Source of the DNA: Sphingomicrobium sp.
Lineage (GTDB): Bacteria > Pseudomonadota > Alphaproteobacteria > Sphingomonadales > Sphingomonadaceae
NCBI GenBank assembly: GCA_035536015.1
Contig: DATLOY010000003.1
Span: 1 to 55,111, forward strand
Direction of reading: 5' to 3'
Length of the DNA stretch: 55,111 nucleotides
Shown here: piece after piece, positions 50,422-55,111 of the stretch
How positions within the stretch are numbered: position 1 is the first letter of the stretch
Layout: each line of letters opens with the position of its first letter
Notes under the pieces: model-generated
Seen by the model: the letters and a program-made list of their open reading frames with translations, nothing else
Told to the model about the DNA's origin: nothing
Database searches by the model: none
Translations under genes and position numbers: made by a program

Positions 50422-51147
50422 TCAGGCAACGAGAGAATTGAAGCGCTCGGCGTTCGCCGTTGCGCGGTTCGAAAGCGGCTGGAACGTCTCGCCAGCGAGC
50501 TTCACGAACGACTCGGTGAGCTTCGAGCTCTCGGCAACGAAGCGGTCGAACGAAGCGCGAGCGAAATCGCTCTGCAGCTGCAGATACTCGGTCGGCGACT
50601 TGGCTTCGGCGAGCGAACGAATGGTGTCCGCAGTCTGTTCGACGCTGTCGCGCTGCTTGGCGACGACGTCCTGGCCGATCGCGCGGGCGCCCTCGGCGGC
50701 CACGCGGCTCGCCTCGACAACCGCCTCAACGTTGGCGCGGGTGAGATCAGCAAGCTCCTCGGCGACCTTCTGGCTCTTCTTGACGAGCTCCTGGCCGCGC
50801 TCGCCGGCATCGGCGAACAGGCTCTGGAAGGACGCGAACGCAGGGACGGCTTCGAAGCCGTTGAAGAAATTCGTGTTGGTCACAGTCTTGATCCTTTCCT
50901 TGGCCGCTACAGCGTTTTTGCGAGCGGCGGTGCGGGTCTTGCGGCGTGCAACTTTGCCGCGCTTTGAAATCACTTTCTTTTCGACCGCGGTCTCACGCTT
51001 GACCCGACGTGCCGTCGCAGCGCGCTCGCGCCTGGCGGTCTTCGCGGTTTCCTGGACGAGGGTCTCACCGACCTCGGCAACGGTCTCGAGGACCTTCGCG
51101 GGAGCTTCCGCGGCTGCTTCGGTTGCGAGCTTCACTTCGTCGGCCAT
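50422..51147 (-). CDS. phaP: Phasin family protein with basic N-terminal extension
   Basis: TRANVEAVVEAS...AKSPTEYLQLQSDFARASFDRFVAE...PLSNR; adjacent to clpS; PhaR-like boxes upstream. Confidence 0.88.
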   Translation of the reverse strand: MADEVKLATEAAAEAPAKVLETVAEVGETLVQETAKTARRERAATARRVKRETAVEKKVISKRGKVARRKTRTAARKNAVAAKERIKTVTNTNFFNGFEAVPAFASFQSLFADAGERGQELVKKSQKVAEELADLTRANVEAVVEASRVAAEGARAIGQDVVAKQRDSVEQTADTIRSLAEAKSPTEYLQLQSDFARASFDRFVAESSKLTESFVKLAGETFQPLSNRATANAERFNSLVA

Positions 51148-51167
51148 TCAAAAATTCCTCTCTTTGC

Positions 51168-51224
51168 TGCAGTGCACAATATGCATTGCAGTGCAGCATT
51201 TCAAGAGGAATCTTGTGCACTGCA
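51168..51224. promoter_or_regulatory. Three PhaR-like operator boxes
   Basis: TGCAGTGCACAA (51168-51179), TGCAGTGCAGCA (51187-51198), and TGCAGTGCACAA on the minus strand (51213-51224). Confidence 0.75.
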
Positions 51225-51271
51225 TCAATCCACCGCTTGACGGCCACGGCTCACCCGAAGCAAGAACGCTC

Positions 51272-51928
51272 ATGGACCCCGCCTTCGCCGAACAGCCGAC
51301 GCGCCATCGCCGCGGCCTCCTGATCGTGCTTTCCTCCCCCTCCGGCGCCGGCAAGACCACGATTTCGCGAATGCTGCTCGAGGCCGATCCGGACATCACC
51401 ATTTCGGTATCCGCCACGACGCGTCCGCAAAGACCGGGCGAGGTCGAGGGCGTCGACTATCATTTCGTCGACGACGCCGAATTCGAACGGCTGATCGCGG
51501 CCGGCGAGTTCGTAGAGTGGGCGCCCGTCTTCGGTTATCGCTACGGCACTCCGAAAGTCCCGGTGAAGGACGCTCTCCGCAAGGGCCGCGACATCCTGTT
51601 CGACATCGACTGGCAGGGTACGCAGCAACTTCATTCCGCAATGGGCGAGGATCTGGTGCGAATCTTCATCCTTCCGCCGTCAATGGCCGAGCTCGAGCGA
51701 AGGCTGCGGGCGCGGGGCACTGACCCGGAGGACGTCATCGGTGACCGGATGCTGCGAGCGAACGGCGAGATCAGCCACTGGGCCGAATATGATTATGTCC
51801 TGATCAATCGCGACATGGATGATTGCTTGGGGAACGTGCGCACGATCGTTGAGGCGGAGCGGCTGAAACGGTCCAGACAGATCGGATTGGTGACCTTCGT
51901 TCGGGACCTCATCGGCCCCCAGCATTAG
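51272..51928 (+). CDS. gmk: Guanylate kinase
   Basis: SSPSGAGKTT, SVSATTRPQRPGEVEGVDYHF, YGTP, DIDWQG, FILPPS. Confidence 0.97.
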   Translation: MDPAFAEQPTRHRRGLLIVLSSPSGAGKTTISRMLLEADPDITISVSATTRPQRPGEVEGVDYHFVDDAEFERLIAAGEFVEWAPVFGYRYGTPKVPVKDALRKGRDILFDIDWQGTQQLHSAMGEDLVRIFILPPSMAELERRLRARGTDPEDVIGDRMLRANGEISHWAEYDYVLINRDMDDCLGNVRTIVEAERLKRSRQIGLVTFVRDLIGPQH

Positions 51929-52623
51929 GCAGGATCGAGCAGCGTCAGGAAATATGCCGCAGCGATGAAGTCCGCGCGGCGGTTGTGCAGGGCCGTCTCC
52001 GCTTCCGTGTCCGATCCCCATTGTTCGAGCTGCCATTCGTCATCGAGACTGACCGCAGCCCAAGCCTCATCCACGTCAACCGCTCGCTCCAGAACCGCAA
52101 GCGCCGCCACCAGGGATCCGCCAATCGTGACCAACAACGATAGCGCGGCTAGCCGAAACGGATCGAGCGAAGCGACGGCATGGGCGAGTCGATCCACGGT
52201 AGCGGGCGGCTGCGGGACATGAATGAGGCCGGACGTCGTCGAGAAATCGACGTCGTAGCGACGCCTTGCCCACGCCAGGAGCGGGTCCCAGGCCTTTGCC
52301 TGTCGCTCGACCAGGTCCGGCGGCCATTCGCTACGGTAGCAGGCAAGGTCGGCTTCTGCGTAACGGGTTAATCCCGCCGCAAAGGCGTGCTTTTCCGTCG
52401 CGACTCGGTCGATTGCCGCGTTTGCGATCCCAGTGAGGGGCATTGCCCGCGGGTCGACCTTGTCTCCGACGGCCGACCACTCATCGGCGATGGCCTTCGC
52501 GAGAGATTCGGTCGGCACCTCGAGCGCATGCGTTCCGGGGGTTCGAACCGGTCTTCCGTCGAGCTTGATCGACCAGCCGACGCCGTCGCAATCGATATCG
52601 ACGGTCTTCCAGAAACGCCTCAC
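51925..52623 (-). CDS. ATP12 family chaperone
   Basis: RRFWK, LDGRPVRTP, AIADEW, MPLTGIANAAID, DLACYR, LDDEWQLEQWG; GTG start overlapping the upstream stop. Confidence 0.93.
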   Translation of the reverse strand: MRRFWKTVDIDCDGVGWSIKLDGRPVRTPGTHALEVPTESLAKAIADEWSAVGDKVDPRAMPLTGIANAAIDRVATEKHAFAAGLTRYAEADLACYRSEWPPDLVERQAKAWDPLLAWARRRYDVDFSTTSGLIHVPQPPATVDRLAHAVASLDPFRLAALSLLVTIGGSLVAALAVLERAVDVDEAWAAVSLDDEWQLEQWGSDTEAETALHNRRADFIAAAYFLTLLDPA

Positions 52624-52850
52624 TCCTGCTCCCTGTCTTTTTGATCCCATGCTTTCTTGAGCAGGCGTGGTGTGAAGACGGCGTCGATCACGCCAAGGAT
52701 TGCGATGATCGCCCCAAGCTGCGGCCAACCGCCCTCGCGGACGAGGTTGGTGAACATCGTGGCGATTCCGAGGAAAAAGATCGCAAGGCCGATGAGTCGA
52801 ACGCCGGTATAGGCGAGCAGCCGCCGTTGCCACAGCTCTTCCTCAGTCAT
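52620..52850 (-). CDS. Small two-TM hypothetical membrane protein
   Basis: Two hydrophobic helices; coupled to both neighbours by 4-bp overlaps. Confidence 0.75.
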   Translation of the reverse strand: MTEEELWQRRLLAYTGVRLIGLAIFFLGIATMFTNLVREGGWPQLGAIIAILGVIDAVFTPRLLKKAWDQKDREQE

Positions 52851-53917
52851 CTCCGTCTACCCTTTGCTGGCGCACCGCGCGAACGGCGTTCGCCGCGGCG
52901 GCTTTCGCGGCGCGGCTTGGATGAACGCTTCGGACCGGATCGGGGAGTCGGAACGGGCCGAACTCCGTCGTCCTGCTCAAAACCGATGGTCGCGAAGCTC
53001 TCGGCGATGTGCGGCGGGAGCTCGGCCGTGACATCGATCTTTCCGCCAGCGGGGGCGTCAATCCGCAATTGCCGGGCATGAAGGTGAAGCTTGCGGCTGA
53101 TGCCGCCCGTCAGGAAGGCCTCGGCCCCGCCATATTTTGCATCGCCGACGATCGGATGGCCAATCGCAGCCATGTGCGCGCGAAGCTGATGCGTCCGGCC
53201 CGTGAGGGGCTGAAGCTCAACCCAGGCAGCGCGATTGCCCGCGCGGTCGATCACCCGCCAACGGGTCTTGGCCGGAAGTCCGTGCTCCTCGTCGATATGC
53301 ATCTTCTCCCCACCGGTTCCGGGTTGCTTGGCAAGAGGCGCGTCGATCACGCCTTCCGCGGCGTCCGGCACTCCGACAACCAGAGCCCAATAGATTTTGC
53401 GGGCCGTCCGTCCGGAAAATGCCTTGGCAAAATGGCCGGCGGATCGTGCAGTCCGGGCGACCAGAAGGGCTCCCGATGTGTCCTTGTCGAGACGATGCAC
53501 AAGCTTTGGCCGTCCGCCTTCGTCCGCAAGCCCGTCCAGAAGCCGATCGAGATGCTGCGTGGTCTTCGTCCCGCCTTGCGTCGCCAGTCCCGGCGGTTTG
53601 TTCAGCACGAAAGCGCCGGCATCCTCGTAGATCACCATGTCGCGAACGAATTGCGCTTCTTCTTCGGTGAGAGGATTGCGAGTCGGCTGCTTCCGCTTCG
53701 CCGCGGGTGCAGGATCGAGTGGCGGCACACGGATTTCCTGACCCGCTTCCACTCGGTCGCCGGGTACCGCCCTTTTCCCGTTCAGGCGAAGCTGGCCGGT
53801 TCGCGCCCAGCGGGACACGATGTTGAAGCTGACATCCGGCATGTGCCGCTTGAACCAGCGGTCCAGGCGGATTCCGTCGTCGTCATCGGTTACGGTAAAA
53901 GTGCGTATATCGCTCAC
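52847..53917 (-). CDS. rluC: 23S rRNA pseudouridine synthase (RluA family, RluC-like)
   Basis: N-terminal S4 domain (IRLDRWFK), NKPPGL, HRLDKDTSG, TGRTHQLRAH, PIVGD. Confidence 0.88.
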   Translation of the reverse strand: MSDIRTFTVTDDDDGIRLDRWFKRHMPDVSFNIVSRWARTGQLRLNGKRAVPGDRVEAGQEIRVPPLDPAPAAKRKQPTRNPLTEEEAQFVRDMVIYEDAGAFVLNKPPGLATQGGTKTTQHLDRLLDGLADEGGRPKLVHRLDKDTSGALLVARTARSAGHFAKAFSGRTARKIYWALVVGVPDAAEGVIDAPLAKQPGTGGEKMHIDEEHGLPAKTRWRVIDRAGNRAAWVELQPLTGRTHQLRAHMAAIGHPIVGDAKYGGAEAFLTGGISRKLHLHARQLRIDAPAGGKIDVTAELPPHIAESFATIGFEQDDGVRPVPTPRSGPKRSSKPRRESRRGERRSRGAPAKGRRR

Positions 53918-53938
53918 GGGAGGCGCGATTAGCGCAAG

Positions 53939-54310
53939 CTAGGCGTCGCGTCCCGCCCAATGTTCGAAGGCCTGGCGCTGCAGCCTACGGATCAGTTTCG
54001 CCGCCGCCGGACCTTCCCATTGGCCGGTGTACCCATGCTTTTTCGCGCCCCCGACCCACCAGCCCTGCCCGGGAAGTCCGTCCGACTGGCGTACGACCAA
54101 TACTGCCAGTTCGGGCTCACCATGTTCCTCTGCCTCGTCATCGACAAAGGATAATACCCTGCAGAGCGCGCGCATTTTCGGTCGCGTGAAATCATGGCCG
54201 AGCAGCGCCAGGACTTCGGAATAGGTGATCGGCTCTCCCGCCCGCGCGGACGCGATCAGGATCGCGCGAACCTCCCGAGGGTCCGCCAAAAGCCCGGCGG
54301 TCTCGTTCAC
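53939..54310 (-). CDS. Conserved hypothetical protein, possible winged-helix/ATL-like fold
   Basis: ITYSEVL...ALCRVL...PELAVLVVRQSDGLPGQGWW; GTGA overlap with the upstream gene. Confidence 0.65.
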   Translation of the reverse strand: MNETAGLLADPREVRAILIASARAGEPITYSEVLALLGHDFTRPKMRALCRVLSFVDDEAEEHGEPELAVLVVRQSDGLPGQGWWVGGAKKHGYTGQWEGPAAAKLIRRLQRQAFEHWAGRDA

Positions 54311-54999
54311 CCTTCCGGCTGTTGCGCGACAGGAGTCAGCTCGAAAACATTGAGCTTGGAATCACCTTGAGGCCAGGGAATCACGAGGCGCCAACGGAAC
54401 GGCGCGATCCGCTCGAGGACTCCCGCCATGTCGCGCTTGGGATTGTCCCCGTAAGCCAAGGGTTGCTGCTCGTCGCCCAACGCCAGGCTTCCGAGGAAAA
54501 TCAGCCGCGTTGGGTCGTCGTCCTCCCAAAGACGGCCGGCCGGCCGTTGGCTGCCAGTTTGCTTGACGATCGTCAGCAAGTCGCCCTCGACTTCGACGTA
54601 ACAGAAGAAGGGTTTGAAGCTCTCATAAGCCCTTGTCTTCGGGGTTACGGCGCCAAGCTTGATCAGCCGGCAATTATAGCTTCCCGGAGTCGGCGCCGGT
54701 CTCGGCAGTGCTGAGCGGGGCCGAAGCAACGCGCCTTCCCTGCGAAGATCGGCTGCGAAGCTTCGTTTCACATCCGCAAGAGCATCGGACCAGGCGAGGC
54801 CGAGCCGGCTGATTCGCTCCTCGTCGGCGGCCGTGGCCACCTCACGCCAGACGTCCGACTTGGGCGGCGCTTCCACGGTCACTTGCGGCATAAGGCCTGG
54901 ACGAGGCTTTGGCTTTGGAGTGCAACCGGCACCGGTCAGCGCGAGCGCTGCCAGTCCGAGCCAGATCCCGCAACCGCCGAATCGCACCACTACCCCCAA
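54307..54999 (-). CDS. DUF4893-like lipoprotein
   Basis: Lipobox GAGC; GSYNCRLIKLG, FFCYV, KQTGSQRPAG, RWRLVIPWP; exact start uncertain. Confidence 0.78.
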   Translation of the reverse strand: MGVVVRFGGCGIWLGLAALALTGAGCTPKPKPRPGLMPQVTVEAPPKSDVWREVATAADEERISRLGLAWSDALADVKRSFAADLRREGALLRPRSALPRPAPTPGSYNCRLIKLGAVTPKTRAYESFKPFFCYVEVEGDLLTIVKQTGSQRPAGRLWEDDDPTRLIFLGSLALGDEQQPLAYGDNPKRDMAGVLERIAPFRWRLVIPWPQGDSKLNVFELTPVAQQPEG

Positions 55000-55111
55000 T
55001 CCCTTCCCAGAAAGGTCCGATCAAGGTGCCAGCCGACCACTGGAGTTTCAACCAATGTTCTGTTGATCATGAGCTTTTACTCGCGGCTTACGGCGGCTAC
55101 GGCCGCGCGGA

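Noticed and set aside
50438-51271. Apparent 496-aa fusion ORF ending in guanylate kinase
   Set aside because: The upstream part is the antisense of the phasin gene plus the operator region; gmk starts at 51272

Overview
GC-rich alphaproteobacterial chromosomal segment. Gene content and order (smc-dsbA-dsbA-dciA/mutY, ubiG/ask-ptsP-rodZ-cpoB-tilS-ftsH, serC-serA-purA, mnmA/sciP, clpS-phasin/gmk) fit Sphingomonadaceae. It is mostly core genome with about 55 CDSs. I saw no tRNA, rRNA, CRISPR array, integrase or transposase. The most unusual feature is a 219-bp non-coding element (11136-11354) with about 25-bp terminal inverted repeats and TAA direct repeats. It folds into a multi-branched structure, sits between an AAGGAG Shine-Dalgarno-like sequence and the aspartate kinase ATG, and carries an ORF whose stop overlaps that ATG. 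Other points of interest: a divergent pair of a ceramide-synthase-like GNAT and a His-box desaturase/hydroxylase; a phasin with two plausible starts and a basic N-terminal extension; PhaR-like boxes at both the phasin gene and serC; an unlisted 50-aa membrane protein between serA and purA; an RND permease with an extra transmembrane insertion; four RpoH-like promoters; and CtrA/CcrM-type signals before small unknown genes. All family calls come from motif recognition by eye, not database searches.
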